Assembly (NCBI GenBank): GCA_934130405.1
Contig: CAKOXX010000001.1
Span: 11,566 to 75,565, forward strand
DNA length: 64,000 nt
DNA from: an uncultured Bacilli bacterium
Lineage (GTDB): Bacteria > Bacillota_I > Bacilli_A > RF39 > UBA660
Direction: 5' to 3'
Of this stretch, positions 30,009 to 40,109 are shown in pieces. The position numbers and the translations under genes are program-made. Each line of letters begins with the position of its first letter. Position 1 is the stretch's first letter. Under the pieces are notes generated by a model. The model saw nothing but the letters and a program-made list of their open reading frames with translations. It did no database searches and had not been told where the DNA came from.

Positions 30009-30593
30009 ATGCAAACAATTAAGGAAAATGTCATTTATCAAGAAGAGATAAAACATTCAAAGTTTATCACGCTTTTATATAAAGTTAATAGTAATGAAGA
30101 AGTTAATTTCTATCTAAAAAAGGTTAGAGAAGATTATAAAGGAGCTACTCATTACTGCTATGCTTTTAATCTTTTAAATACTAGTGGTTATAGTGATGAT
30201 AGAGAGCCCAAAAATACAGCTGGTCGTCCAATGCTTTTTACCTTAACCTCTCTTAATATTGTTAATGTATTAGTAATATCTGTTCGTTATTTTGGGGGCA
30301 TAAAGCTAGGAACAGGTGGACTTTTAAAAGCTTATACGGGTGGACTTACTTCTGTTCTTACTAAAGCTACTCTTGAAGAAGTAACAAACGGTTACTTAAT
30401 CACCTGTGAGTTCAGTTATAATAATGAAAAAAAATATTCCTATCTTTTTAAGAATAAGAATATTATAGCTAAAAGTTATCAAGAAAAGTGTATTTATCAA
30501 GTAGAAGTAGATGATACTTTTCTTAATGAAATACAAGCTCTTCAAGATTTAACTATTACTGCTAAAGTTAAACAATTAATCGTAAAGAAATAA
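30009..30593 (+). CDS. yigZ: YigZ/IMPACT-family protein (UPF0029)
   Basis: IKHSKFI...ATHYCYAF...DDREPKNTAG.P pattern. Confidence 0.75.
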   Translation: MQTIKENVIYQEEIKHSKFITLLYKVNSNEEVNFYLKKVREDYKGATHYCYAFNLLNTSGYSDDREPKNTAGRPMLFTLTSLNIVNVLVISVRYFGGIKLGTGGLLKAYTGGLTSVLTKATLEEVTNGYLITCEFSYNNEKKYSYLFKNKNIIAKSYQEKCIYQVEVDDTFLNEIQALQDLTITAKVKQLIVKK

Positions 30594-30896
30594 TTATTTA
30601 ATAAACCAAGAAGCAATTGTATCATAATCACGATACCCTACTTCTTTTTTTATTAGTTTACCATCACGATACACTTCTAAAGTAGGAATACTCATTACGC
30701 CATGACTTTTAGCAATACTTTCAAACTCATCAACATCAATCTTAACGATTTTTACATTTTCAAAGTGTTCATCTAATTCTTCTAACACTTCGCCTACCAT
30801 CTTACAAGGTCCACACCAAGTAGCATAAAAGTCTACTAAAACATCTCCTTTAGAAACAAGTGATTCAAATTTACTTTCATCTTCTAAATATATCAT
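30594..30896 (-). CDS. trxA: Thioredoxin
   Basis: WCGPC active site; 100 aa. Confidence 0.9.
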   Translation of the reverse strand: MIYLEDESKFESLVSKGDVLVDFYATWCGPCKMVGEVLEELDEHFENVKIVKIDVDEFESIAKSHGVMSIPTLEVYRDGKLIKKEVGYRDYDTIASWFIK

Positions 30897-30911
30897 TTTA
30901 TCAAGTCCTTT

Positions 30912-31610
30912 CTAATATTTATTAATTACCGTATCAAGTCCATCAACATTAACTATCTTTCCATTAGTAGCTAACTCTTGTACTTCATCTTTTGTAATAA
31001 TTTTATTCTTTAATAGTATGTCAATTACTTTTAAATTTAAACTATTTTCAGTATCATTCTTGTCAAGTTGTAGTACTTCTTCTAAGCTAGTATTAAGTCC
31101 ACCAAAGCTATCTTTCAAAATTGGTGTTTCTTCCACAATATATTTTCTAACTCCTGAATCCATAAAAGTTGTATTACTACTTAACGGTATCATTAAAACG
31201 TTTAAAACAATAAACATCAAGACATAGCCTTCAACTATTCCTAAAAGAAAACCAATTATTCTATTCGGTAGTAGTAAAATTACTGTAACATCCATTATTT
31301 TTCCTAACAAACCAGATAAGTTGATAATTATTCTTAATAAGAAATGAAATACTATTAATAGGGCTAGAAAAGCAATCAATTTGTAGAAAATAATAGTTAA
31401 AGAACTAAGCGGTCCCAACACTGAATTAATTTTATAAGTTGGTAAGGTGTTCATCAAATAGCTTGCTAACATATCTTTAAAGAAATAAGCAATAGCTATT
31501 ACCAAGATATTTCCGAAAACAATTACTGCTTCTTTCAAAGCTCCTCGTTTAAGTCCTAAAAGACCAAAACTTATAATTATTAAAACAATCGCTATACTAA
31601 TATTATTCAT
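30912..31610 (-). CDS. CvpA-family membrane protein
   Basis: Four hydrophobic helices and an N-terminus (IAIVLIIISFGLLGLKRG) typical of CvpA. Start placed at MNNISIA. Confidence 0.65.
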   Translation of the reverse strand: MNNISIAIVLIIISFGLLGLKRGALKEAVIVFGNILVIAIAYFFKDMLASYLMNTLPTYKINSVLGPLSSLTIIFYKLIAFLALLIVFHFLLRIIINLSGLLGKIMDVTVILLLPNRIIGFLLGIVEGYVLMFIVLNVLMIPLSSNTTFMDSGVRKYIVEETPILKDSFGGLNTSLEEVLQLDKNDTENSLNLKVIDILLKNKIITKDEVQELATNGKIVNVDGLDTVINKY

Positions 31611-31686
31611 AACAACAATCCTTTCCAATTTTATTATAACGATATTTTTGAAAATATGCTATACTAAATTGAAAGAGGTGAAAGAT

Positions 31687-32592
31687 GTGAACGAAGTAAT
31701 TAAAGTTAGTGATAAAACTAAAGCGAAAATGATTGAATATTATAAAGATAAAGTTAAAGATAAAAAGATACCTTATGTTGTATTCCAAGCTGTTGATATG
31801 GATACTACTATCACAATGTATGAGTCAGGAAAAGTTATGTTTCAAGGAAAAAGTGCTGATGTCGATGCTGCTATGTGGAAAGAAATGGATGGTGTAGAAA
31901 CAACTACTAAGGAAAGAATTGATGATAGTAAATATCACAATTGTTCCTCAGTTGGTAGTGACGAAGTGGGAACTGGTGATTATTTCGGACCTATAGTAGT
32001 AACTGCTACTTATGTTAGGAAAGAAGATATTAAATTTTTAGAAGATTTAGGTATCAGAGATAGCAAAAAATTAACAGATGACTTTATTTTAAAAACTGCT
32101 CCTACGCTTGCTAAAAAATTAACTTATCGCAGCATTATTTTAAATAATGTTGATTATAATAAAAACTATACTAAAGATTTCAATATGAATAAGATTAAAG
32201 CTATAATGCATAACAAGGTCTTATATCAAATAATGCATGAAGTTAATCCTGAAGTTGACTATATTATTGTTGATGAATTTGCAAGAGAAAAAAGATATTA
32301 TGAATATATCAGTGATGCCAAAGAAATTCAACGTGGTATTACTTTTATGACTAAAGCTGAAGATAAAAACTTGGCAGTAGCAGCTTCTTCCATTATTAGC
32401 AGATATATATTTTTAAAAGAGTTTGATAAACTAGCTGATAGTGTTCATCTTCCCTTACCAAAAGGTGCCTCAAAAGAAGTTGATAAAATTGGCGAAGAAA
32501 TAGTAGCAAAATATGGCGAAGAAAAATTAAAAGAAATTGCTAAATACAATTTCAAAAATACAGAAAGAATATTAAAGACGGTCATTTTCTGA
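31687..32592 (+). CDS. rnhC: Ribonuclease HIII
   Basis: GSDEVGTGDYFGP catalytic motif and an N-terminal TBP-like domain. GTG at 31687 is preferred because AGAGGTGA lies upstream. Confidence 0.85.
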   Translation: MNEVIKVSDKTKAKMIEYYKDKVKDKKIPYVVFQAVDMDTTITMYESGKVMFQGKSADVDAAMWKEMDGVETTTKERIDDSKYHNCSSVGSDEVGTGDYFGPIVVTATYVRKEDIKFLEDLGIRDSKKLTDDFILKTAPTLAKKLTYRSIILNNVDYNKNYTKDFNMNKIKAIMHNKVLYQIMHEVNPEVDYIIVDEFAREKRYYEYISDAKEIQRGITFMTKAEDKNLAVAASSIISRYIFLKEFDKLADSVHLPLPKGASKEVDKIGEEIVAKYGEEKLKEIAKYNFKNTERILKTVIF

Positions 32593-32607
32593 TCGTCTTT
32601 ATTTTTT

Positions 32608-33543
32608 TTATCTAGTACGTACTAGTCTTTTACTTACGCTGATATTATCTTTATAAGTTTCATCATTAGTAAGTTCTACTGTTTCCATTTGCATTGGACA
32701 TAAGTAATTTAATGGTTGCATTATCTTTGGACAACTATTACCCATTTTTACGATACCACCACTAATTAGTAAATCTGTTCCACTGCTAAGAGTTCTAACG
32801 CCACGAACATCTTTCGGAAACAACTCTTTCTTAGGACTAATTAATCCTCTTTTGGTGTTGAAAAGTCCGAATGGTACACAACCATCATGATCATGACCAC
32901 CAAGCAATAAGTTATATTCTTTCATCAATTCAACATTTTTCTCATCTTTAGCAAATTCTGGTGAGTGAATTAAACCAACTGTTGGAACATCTTTAGGAAG
33001 ATTTTTATATAAGTTTTCTTTTGTAACCATATCTTCATAAAAAGCTTCTAAATCTTCAATATGTGTTTTCTCAATATTATTGTAATAGTATTTAAGAGTT
33101 TGAACATATCCCATAAAAAACATTTTTTCATCTTGATATGTTCTATCTAATAAAATATGAACATCTTTTATATCATCTAGTTCTTGCCAGAATTCACCAT
33201 TAGCAACAACGGCATTGCCACTTTTACTTTCAAGAACAAAGTCGTGACTTCCAAGTATAACGATGGTTGGTGCTATAGTAGCTGATCTTTTGATTGTATT
33301 AGTTAACAATCTTCTACTATCAGCGTTATCTAAATCTTTTGGACTATCAATTAAATCTCCCAAGAAAATATTATAGTCAGCTTCTTCTTTTTCTATCTGA
33401 TTAATAACTGGTTCTAACTTTCGTTCACTAACTAATGGACTAATATGCAAATCTCCTAAAGTAGTTAATTTAATATTTTCTTTTACCCTAGGATTATAGA
33501 CTTTTAAATCTTTTATTTCAATTACTTTTTCTGTTTTAAGCAT
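32608..33543 (-). CDS. Calcineurin-like metallophosphoesterase
   Basis: GDLHIS...GDLID...GSHD...GGHDHDG motifs. Confidence 0.75.
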   Translation of the reverse strand: MLKTEKVIEIKDLKVYNPRVKENIKLTTLGDLHISPLVSERKLEPVINQIEKEEADYNIFLGDLIDSPKDLDNADSRRLLTNTIKRSATIAPTIVILGSHDFVLESKSGNAVVANGEFWQELDDIKDVHILLDRTYQDEKMFFMGYVQTLKYYYNNIEKTHIEDLEAFYEDMVTKENLYKNLPKDVPTVGLIHSPEFAKDEKNVELMKEYNLLLGGHDHDGCVPFGLFNTKRGLISPKKELFPKDVRGVRTLSSGTDLLISGGIVKMGNSCPKIMQPLNYLCPMQMETVELTNDETYKDNISVSKRLVRTR

Positions 33544-33571
33544 TTGATTTACCCCAATCTAACGCAAACAA

Positions 33572-34411
33572 TTATCTTTTCTTATAATAAGCACCGGTAA
33601 ATTGTCTACCTGCTTTATCCTTGTTATTTCTAGCTGCACTATTTGAATAATAATTATTATTAGTTATAGTATCGTCATTATTTACAATGTATGACTCAAA
33701 TTTTTCAGGATTTAGTTGATATAATAAAGATTTTCTTAAATCAATTTTGTAGTTTCCATCCTTAGTTTGTTTAATAGCTCCAGTCTCTTCCCAAAAACTT
33801 TCTTTAGCGAAAGGCGGCATACAATCATATGTCCAACTATCACCAGCATGACTACCTATATAGATATAAATATCATCTAATTTACTATCATATTTACTTT
33901 GAAGTGCTTCTACAGTCATTTGTGGTAAATATCTATCAATCATTTCAGCACCACAATGAGCAGTTGCTGTTACACCATTTTTCAAGTCACTTGCTATTAG
34001 AACAGGACAGTCAGCAACAGGATATCCTGCTACAACACCTGGTGTTTTATCTGTTACAATTAAAATGTCTGATTTGATATCTAAATCCCAACCATCTTGA
34101 TAAGCATCAACCATTTCTTGTGTTAAAACAGTAGCTGAACCGTCTTTTGTTTGTGATGGCATATAAAATTTATATGGATCAAACTCACCATTATTTGCTA
34201 AGCTTACTAATTGACGATGTTCTAAAAATAAAGCTTTCCTCTCTTCTTTAGTAAGTCCTTCTTCATAAAATCTTTCTGCAGTATTCATGCATCCAAATTG
34301 TTTAGTAGTATCAATCATTCTAACGCTATTTACTGGCATTGTTCCTGCCTTATAAATTGCATACTTGCCAACTTTCATATAATTATTTCTTCTTACATCT
34401 AAATTTTTCAT
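33572..34411 (-). CDS. Laccase-domain (DUF152/PgeF-like) protein
   Basis: YPVADCPVLIA ... ATAHCG resembles the ADC-P/H-G motifs of the DUF152 family. The start is ambiguous (34426 or 34411). Confidence 0.5.
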   Translation of the reverse strand: MKNLDVRRNNYMKVGKYAIYKAGTMPVNSVRMIDTTKQFGCMNTAERFYEEGLTKEERKALFLEHRQLVSLANNGEFDPYKFYMPSQTKDGSATVLTQEMVDAYQDGWDLDIKSDILIVTDKTPGVVAGYPVADCPVLIASDLKNGVTATAHCGAEMIDRYLPQMTVEALQSKYDSKLDDIYIYIGSHAGDSWTYDCMPPFAKESFWEETGAIKQTKDGNYKIDLRKSLLYQLNPEKFESYIVNNDDTITNNNYYSNSAARNNKDKAGRQFTGAYYKKR

Positions 34412-34435
34412 TTTTATTTCCCCCATATTTCTAAA

Positions 34436-34858
34436 TTATCTTTTATTCATCATATTAAGTAGATTAATCTTAAACATATCTCTTTCTGGATCTGTCTTAG
34501 ATATCATTACACCTTTATATGTAGAAAGTTCTGCTCTATGTCCTTCATCTAGGATACCTTCTGGTGTTATATTTGTTAACAATACAACTTTCTTATCAAG
34601 ATATACTGTATAGTGAACAATAATTTCACCATGTACCTTAGCGAAAGATTCATCAGTAGGTAATTTTAATTCATAACTTTCTGTGTTATTATTTTTATCT
34701 TCCCCTACTAATTTTCCTAAGAATTTTCCTGCACGAATAGTTGGATAATATTCAAATGTTAATTTTTTATAAGCTAGCATATTATATTTTCTAACGGAAC
34801 GTTCTCTTTTCTTGAAATTGTTCTCATCCAAATATTCAAATATGTATGACTTCTCCAT
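34436..34858 (-). CDS. Hypothetical protein
   Basis: 140-aa ORF with no recognised motif. Confidence 0.5.
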   Translation of the reverse strand: MEKSYIFEYLDENNFKKRERSVRKYNMLAYKKLTFEYYPTIRAGKFLGKLVGEDKNNNTESYELKLPTDESFAKVHGEIIVHYTVYLDKKVVLLTNITPEGILDEGHRAELSTYKGVMISKTDPERDMFKINLLNMMNKR

Positions 34859-34995
34859 AGCCGTTACCCCCTTTTATTAACCCCTATCTCTGAAGTTGCT
34901 AATATTATACTACATAATGATTATTTTGTCAAACTTTTTTTCGAATAAATTTTATACAGCAAAAAAACTAAGCAATAAATATCACTTCTTTATCA

Positions 34996-36027
34996 CTACT
35001 CAGTAGTTTTTTTTACCTTCGTTTTTTCACTATCTTTTTTATCACTCATAAACATCTTATCAAGAATATTCAAACATTTTCGATGACCAAAATCATTTTC
35101 ATCTATGTTCAATTTCTTATCACCATACATATTAGCTTGAAAGGTATTAAACAATTTTTGAAACACTGTTTTCTTTTCTTTCTCCGATAATTCAAATGAT
35201 TCAAGGGAACTATTTCTTTTAAGTAGATAGTAATAACACAATTCTTCTGCCTGCAAATCTACATTCAACTGTTTGGCTATAGAATTAATTTGGCGTTTTA
35301 TTTCTGGACTGATAAGTTTAGAATACTGTTTTAGTAATTTAGCTTCTTCCATAAATATTTCTACACTAGAATCGTAAATGAATTTAAGCTTAGTATTTTC
35401 AATATAATCTTTAGAATTATATGCCTCATCGACATTTATTTTCTTAGAGCAAATATCTAATAGTTTTTGATTAGCAGTTACATAATTAACTAACTCTCTA
35501 TCATACATCCCAATATATTCAATCATGCATCTTTTTATTCCATAAGAATCTAATTTAGCTTTTTGTGGAAATCTCTTTACAACATTTTCTAAGAAACCAC
35601 TCTTATCAATTATAAATAAATTAGCTAAAAAATGCCTAGCAAAATATTCTAAAACTGATGGTTCAGTAAACTTGTGAGTAAAATATACAAATCCTAGTCC
35701 AAAATTTTCAATGCCATCCTCTTCGCAATAACTAGAAATTTGTTTCAATGCCAAAGTATAATTTTTCAAAATATAAACTTGCATATCATTGTACTTCTGA
35801 TATCTTTCTTCAGGAATTAGTGATTTTGTTCCTAATCTATTTAAGAGCATAAAGATAATAGTCATTGTTGGTTCTTTAACCAAATCAATATATTCCATAA
35901 AATTATTTTGATAATTTTCTAAGAACTTTTGATCATTATTTTTTAAATACTTATCTACTTCATCACAAATCAAGCCATAATCAAAACTAGTCCTAATAAG
36001 TTTTTTTAATTTATTATATTCATCCAT
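34996..36027 (-). CDS. Hypothetical protein
   Basis: 343-aa ORF with no recognised motif. Confidence 0.5.
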   Translation of the reverse strand: MDEYNKLKKLIRTSFDYGLICDEVDKYLKNNDQKFLENYQNNFMEYIDLVKEPTMTIIFMLLNRLGTKSLIPEERYQKYNDMQVYILKNYTLALKQISSYCEEDGIENFGLGFVYFTHKFTEPSVLEYFARHFLANLFIIDKSGFLENVVKRFPQKAKLDSYGIKRCMIEYIGMYDRELVNYVTANQKLLDICSKKINVDEAYNSKDYIENTKLKFIYDSSVEIFMEEAKLLKQYSKLISPEIKRQINSIAKQLNVDLQAEELCYYYLLKRNSSLESFELSEKEKKTVFQKLFNTFQANMYGDKKLNIDENDFGHRKCLNILDKMFMSDKKDSEKTKVKKTTE

Positions 36028-36048
36028 AGTTTATCCCTTATGCACTAC

Positions 36049-36819
36049 TTATTTTTTGACTTTTACCTTTTCTTTAATCATAGAATCCAAACATTCATTT
36101 AAAGATTCTTTGCATTTTTGAATTTTAGTATTATTAATAGCAGTAACATGAGCATCGATATCTGACCCTTCTATAAGTTCAAATTTCCCATTATATTCAA
36201 TGCTACCACTATTTATTATTACCTTACCATGAGCTCTTACATCTGCGCCCTTAACATCACTAGCAAATTTATAATTATACTCCAAATCTCCACTATCTAT
36301 TATCACCTTACCATGTGCTCTTACATTTGCTCTTTTTACATCTCTAGCAAATATGTAATTATATTCCAAATTTTTACTATCTAGTATTACTTGTTCATGC
36401 GCCCATGTATCCGCTCCTTTAGCATCTCTAGCAAATATGTAATTATATTCCAAATTTTTACTATCTAGTATTACTTGTTCATGCGCCCATGTATCCGCTC
36501 CTTTAGCATCTCTAGCAAATTTATAATTATACAGTAAATTTCCACTATTTGCTATAACCATACCATGTGCTTTTACATCTGCTCCCTTAACATGAGTAGC
36601 AAATTCATAATTTCCCTCTAAATCTTCACTATCTATTATGACCTGTCCATGAGCTTTTACATCTGCTCCTTTAATGTTTACAGGAAAAAATTGTGATAGT
36701 TTTAAATTATGGAGTTTTAATAACTTAGTTTCAAAATCTTCTACAATTTTCTCATCTGGATAACCAAGCTTTTTCATTTCCAAAATCATATCAATAATCT
36801 CTTGTTCCTTATTTTTCAT
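36049..36819 (-). CDS. Protein made of about 6.5 tandem 28-aa repeats (KGADVxAHGxVIxDSxxLEYNYxFAxDV)
   Basis: The translation shows the repeat directly. The N-terminal 50 aa are non-repetitive. Confidence 0.6.
   Translation of the reverse strand: MKNKEQEIIDMILEMKKLGYPDEKIVEDFETKLLKLHNLKLSQFFPVNIKGADVKAHGQVIIDSEDLEGNYEFATHVKGADVKAHGMVIANSGNLLYNYKFARDAKGADTWAHEQVILDSKNLEYNYIFARDAKGADTWAHEQVILDSKNLEYNYIFARDVKRANVRAHGKVIIDSGDLEYNYKFASDVKGADVRAHGKVIINSGSIEYNGKFELIEGSDIDAHVTAINNTKIQKCKESLNECLDSMIKEKVKVKK
36124..36672 (-). repeat. 84-nt tandem coding repeat array; two units plus 14 nt are perfectly identical (36349..36530)
   Basis: The unit catctctagcaaatatgtaattatattccaaatttttactatctagtattacttgttcatgcgcccatgtatccgctcctttag occurs back-to-back at 36349 and 36433. 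Confidence 0.9.
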
Positions 36820-36934
36820 ACAAATTTCACATCTCCTCTAATAGTGCTATTTATTATACACTTTCTATATTAATTAAGCAACAAAATTAATTCAGTAAAA
36901 CAATTCAAAAAAGATGACTATTGCCATCTTCTTA

Positions 36935-38680
36935 CTAATCTCTTACTTTAATATGAACTTCTCTTAACTGTTCTTCTGTAACATTACTTGGTGCATTCAT
37001 TAAAATATCACTTCCAGAAGCACTCATTGGGAAAGCAATTGTTTCTCTAATTGAATCTTCATCTAAAAGCATCATTAGAATACGATCAAGTCCAGGAGCC
37101 ATACCAGCATGAGGTGGAGCACCATATTGAAAGGCCTCATATAAAGCTTTAAATCTTTTCTTGATTTCATCTTCTTCATAACCTGCAATAGCAAAAACTT
37201 TCTTCATAATTTCTAAGTCATGATTTCTAACAGCACCACTAGATAGTTCAACACCATTACAGACAAAATCAAATTGATAAGCTAAAATATCCTCTATCTT
37301 TTGATCAAGTGCTTCCATTCCACCTTTCGGCATACTAAATGGATTATGCATAAAAGTATATTTTTCTGCTTCTTCATCCCACTCAAACATTGGAAAATCA
37401 TGAATAATAGCAAAAACATATTTATTAGGATCCATAAGATTTAACTTTCTACCAAGTTCCATTCTAATAGAACCGGCTAATTCCAAGGATTTCTTTCTAT
37501 CAGCTATAAAGAATAAAACATCATCTTTTTGTAACCCAGCTTTAAGAATTAAAGCTTCACGTTCATCTTCTGTTAAAAACTTATCAATTGGACCAGCAAA
37601 AGATAAATCCTCATTTACTTTCAAATAACCAATTCCAGGCATTCCAATACTCTTAGCATAATCAACTACTTCATTAAACCAAGAATTACTCTTACTAGCT
37701 AAATTTTCAACCTTTATTCCTTTAACAGGTACTCCTCTAAAAGGACGAAACTCAGTTTCTTCAAACTCTTCCGTTAAATCAATTATTATTAAAGGGTTTC
37801 TTAAGTCTGGTTTATCAGAACCATACTTTTCCATAGCATCTTTATAGGTTAATCTAATAAATGGTGGTTCTGATATATCTTTATCTTTAGAAAATTTCTT
37901 AAATGTCTCATAGAAAACTTTCTCACCCATTTGTAAGACATCCTCCTCAGTAGCAAAAGCCATTTCAAAGTCTAATTGATAAAACTCACCATAAACACGG
38001 TCACTTCTAGCATCTTCATCACGGAAACATGGAGCTATTTGATAGTATTTATCAAAACCAGCACACATTAATAATTGTTTAAATTGTTGAGGAGCTTGGG
38101 GTAAGGCATAAAACTTTCCTTTATATTTTCTACTAGGTACTAGAAAGTCTCTAGCACCTTCTGGAGAAGATGAAGTTAAAATAGGAGTTTGTAGTTCAAT
38201 AAAATCGTCTTCTTCCATTAAGTTTCTTAAAAAGTGAATTACTTTATTACGGAAAAGAATAGATGATTTAACTTTCGGATTTCTTAAGTCTAAGTAACGA
38301 TATTTAAGTCTTACATCTTCTGCCACTTCTTTACTAGTCATTATTTCAAAAGGTAAAACATTCTTACTTTTACCAAGTATTTCTATTGAACTAACTAATA
38401 ACTCAATAGTACCTGTTTCAATTCGGTCATTATAATCATCTTCATCTCTTTTACGAACAATTCCTTTAACAGTAACAGATGACTCTCTTGTTAAATCATC
38501 AAACATCTTATCATCATTACTAACTAATTGTAGTGTTCCATAAAAGTCTCTTAAATCAACAAAGATTACTCCACCATGATCTCTTATATTTTCAATGAAC
38601 CCTACTACCACTACTTCTTTATCTATATCTTTTTCTCTTAAGCTACCAGCATAGCAATCACGATATTTATTTTTAATCAT
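36935..38680 (-). CDS. aspS: Aspartate--tRNA ligase (probably non-discriminating, from context)
   Basis: 581 aa with class IIb motifs (FRDED, GLDR). It is the last gene of the gatCAB operon. Confidence 0.9.
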   Translation of the reverse strand: MIKNKYRDCYAGSLREKDIDKEVVVVGFIENIRDHGGVIFVDLRDFYGTLQLVSNDDKMFDDLTRESSVTVKGIVRKRDEDDYNDRIETGTIELLVSSIEILGKSKNVLPFEIMTSKEVAEDVRLKYRYLDLRNPKVKSSILFRNKVIHFLRNLMEEDDFIELQTPILTSSSPEGARDFLVPSRKYKGKFYALPQAPQQFKQLLMCAGFDKYYQIAPCFRDEDARSDRVYGEFYQLDFEMAFATEEDVLQMGEKVFYETFKKFSKDKDISEPPFIRLTYKDAMEKYGSDKPDLRNPLIIIDLTEEFEETEFRPFRGVPVKGIKVENLASKSNSWFNEVVDYAKSIGMPGIGYLKVNEDLSFAGPIDKFLTEDEREALILKAGLQKDDVLFFIADRKKSLELAGSIRMELGRKLNLMDPNKYVFAIIHDFPMFEWDEEAEKYTFMHNPFSMPKGGMEALDQKIEDILAYQFDFVCNGVELSSGAVRNHDLEIMKKVFAIAGYEEDEIKKRFKALYEAFQYGAPPHAGMAPGLDRILMMLLDEDSIRETIAFPMSASGSDILMNAPSNVTEEQLREVHIKVRD

Positions 38681-40109
38681 TTTTCTTCATCCTCTCTAAT
38701 TCTTCTTTAATTAATTCTCTAGTAAGGTTAGGATTAGCTTGTCTTTTAGTAGCTACCATTACTTTTCCCATAAAGAAATTAATTACTGACATATTATCTT
38801 CTTTAATATATTGTTCAACTTGTAAATTATACTTAGTAAATTCATCTTTTATATATTTAACTAGTTCTTCTTTATCATTAATTTGCGATAAGTTTTCTTT
38901 CTCAATTAATTTAACTGGATCTATCTTCTCTTCGATTGCTTTATAAAGTATTTTCTTAGCATGATCTAGCGACAATTTATCAGCACTTACTAAGTTTATT
39001 AAACTACTTAACATTGAAGGAGTAATATAAAACTCATCTAAAGTTATTTCTAATTTATTTAAGGTTGATAAAATACTAGTTGTTACAAAGTTAACTACTA
39101 AAGATATATCTTTGACATTCTTAACTACTTCTTCAAAGTAATCAGCTAATTTACGATTTTTAGCAATAACACTAGCGTCATAATAATCTAGTCCTAAATC
39201 ATTTTGATAAGTCATTATTCTATCTAATTTTAAGACTGGAATTGACTCTTTCAATTCTTGTTTCTTTGCATCTGTTATTTTAACAGGCGGTAAATTAGCA
39301 TCAACAAAGTATTTATAATCAATAGCATCAACTTTCTCTCGCATTGAGTGTGTTTTTCCCATTTCATCTATACGTCTTGTCTCTTGAATTATTTTTTCAC
39401 CATTTGCTAAGGCTTCACTTTGTCTTTTAATTTCGTATTCAATCGCTTGTTTAACACTACTAAAGGAGTTAATATTCTTCATTTCTACTTTAGTACCTAG
39501 CCTGTCACTACCTTTTTCTTTTAAAGAAATGTTTACATCACAGCGCATTTGTCCTTTATCTGTCTTAGCTTCACTCACCCCAAGATATAAAAATACATCT
39601 TTTAAATCTTCTAAGAATGTAACTGCTTCTAGACTACTAGTAAGACAAGGCTCTGTTACTATTTCAATCAAAGGAACACCACTACGGTTATAATCTATTA
39701 ATGAATAATTCTTATCATGCTCTAAACTAGCCGTATCTTCTTCTAGATGTAACTGATGAATTAGTATCCTTTTAACTTTTCCCTCTACCATAATATCAAG
39801 ATAACCATTTCTTCCCATTGGTTTGGTAACTTGCGTTAATTGATATCCTTTAGGAAGGTCAGGATAAAAATAGTTTTTACGATCAAACATTATAACATCA
39901 GGGTTTTCACAGTGAAGAGCCATGGCGGTTCGTAAAGCATTATAACAAGCTTTTTCATTAACAACTGGTAAAATTCCTGGAAGTCCTAAATCAACAGGTG
40001 AAACATGAATATTAGGAATTTTAGTGTAACTATTCTCACTACTAGAGAAGTTCTTAGAATTTGTTTCTAACTCACAATGTACTTCTAGTCCAATAACAAC
40101 ATCATACAT
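38673..40109 (-). CDS. gatB: Asp/Glu-tRNA amidotransferase subunit B
   Basis: VIGLEVHCEL... N-terminus; 478 aa. Confidence 0.95.
   Translation of the reverse strand: MYDVVIGLEVHCELETNSKNFSSSENSYTKIPNIHVSPVDLGLPGILPVVNEKACYNALRTAMALHCENPDVIMFDRKNYFYPDLPKGYQLTQVTKPMGRNGYLDIMVEGKVKRILIHQLHLEEDTASLEHDKNYSLIDYNRSGVPLIEIVTEPCLTSSLEAVTFLEDLKDVFLYLGVSEAKTDKGQMRCDVNISLKEKGSDRLGTKVEMKNINSFSSVKQAIEYEIKRQSEALANGEKIIQETRRIDEMGKTHSMREKVDAIDYKYFVDANLPPVKITDAKKQELKESIPVLKLDRIMTYQNDLGLDYYDASVIAKNRKLADYFEEVVKNVKDISLVVNFVTTSILSTLNKLEITLDEFYITPSMLSSLINLVSADKLSLDHAKKILYKAIEEKIDPVKLIEKENLSQINDKEELVKYIKDEFTKYNLQVEQYIKEDNMSVINFFMGKVMVATKRQANPNLTRELIKEELERMKKND

Noticed and set aside
31603-31788. A 61-aa minus-strand ORF between cvpA and rnhC, and a 69-aa plus-strand ORF at 31018..31227.
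   Set aside because: They overlap the divergent promoter region and the cvpA antisense strand. They lack an SD and give low-complexity sequence.
36124-36672. The regular 84-nt repeat array considered as a possible CRISPR or non-coding satellite.
   Set aside because: The repeats are contiguous with no unique spacers. They are in frame and translate into a coherent 28-aa protein repeat within one long ORF.
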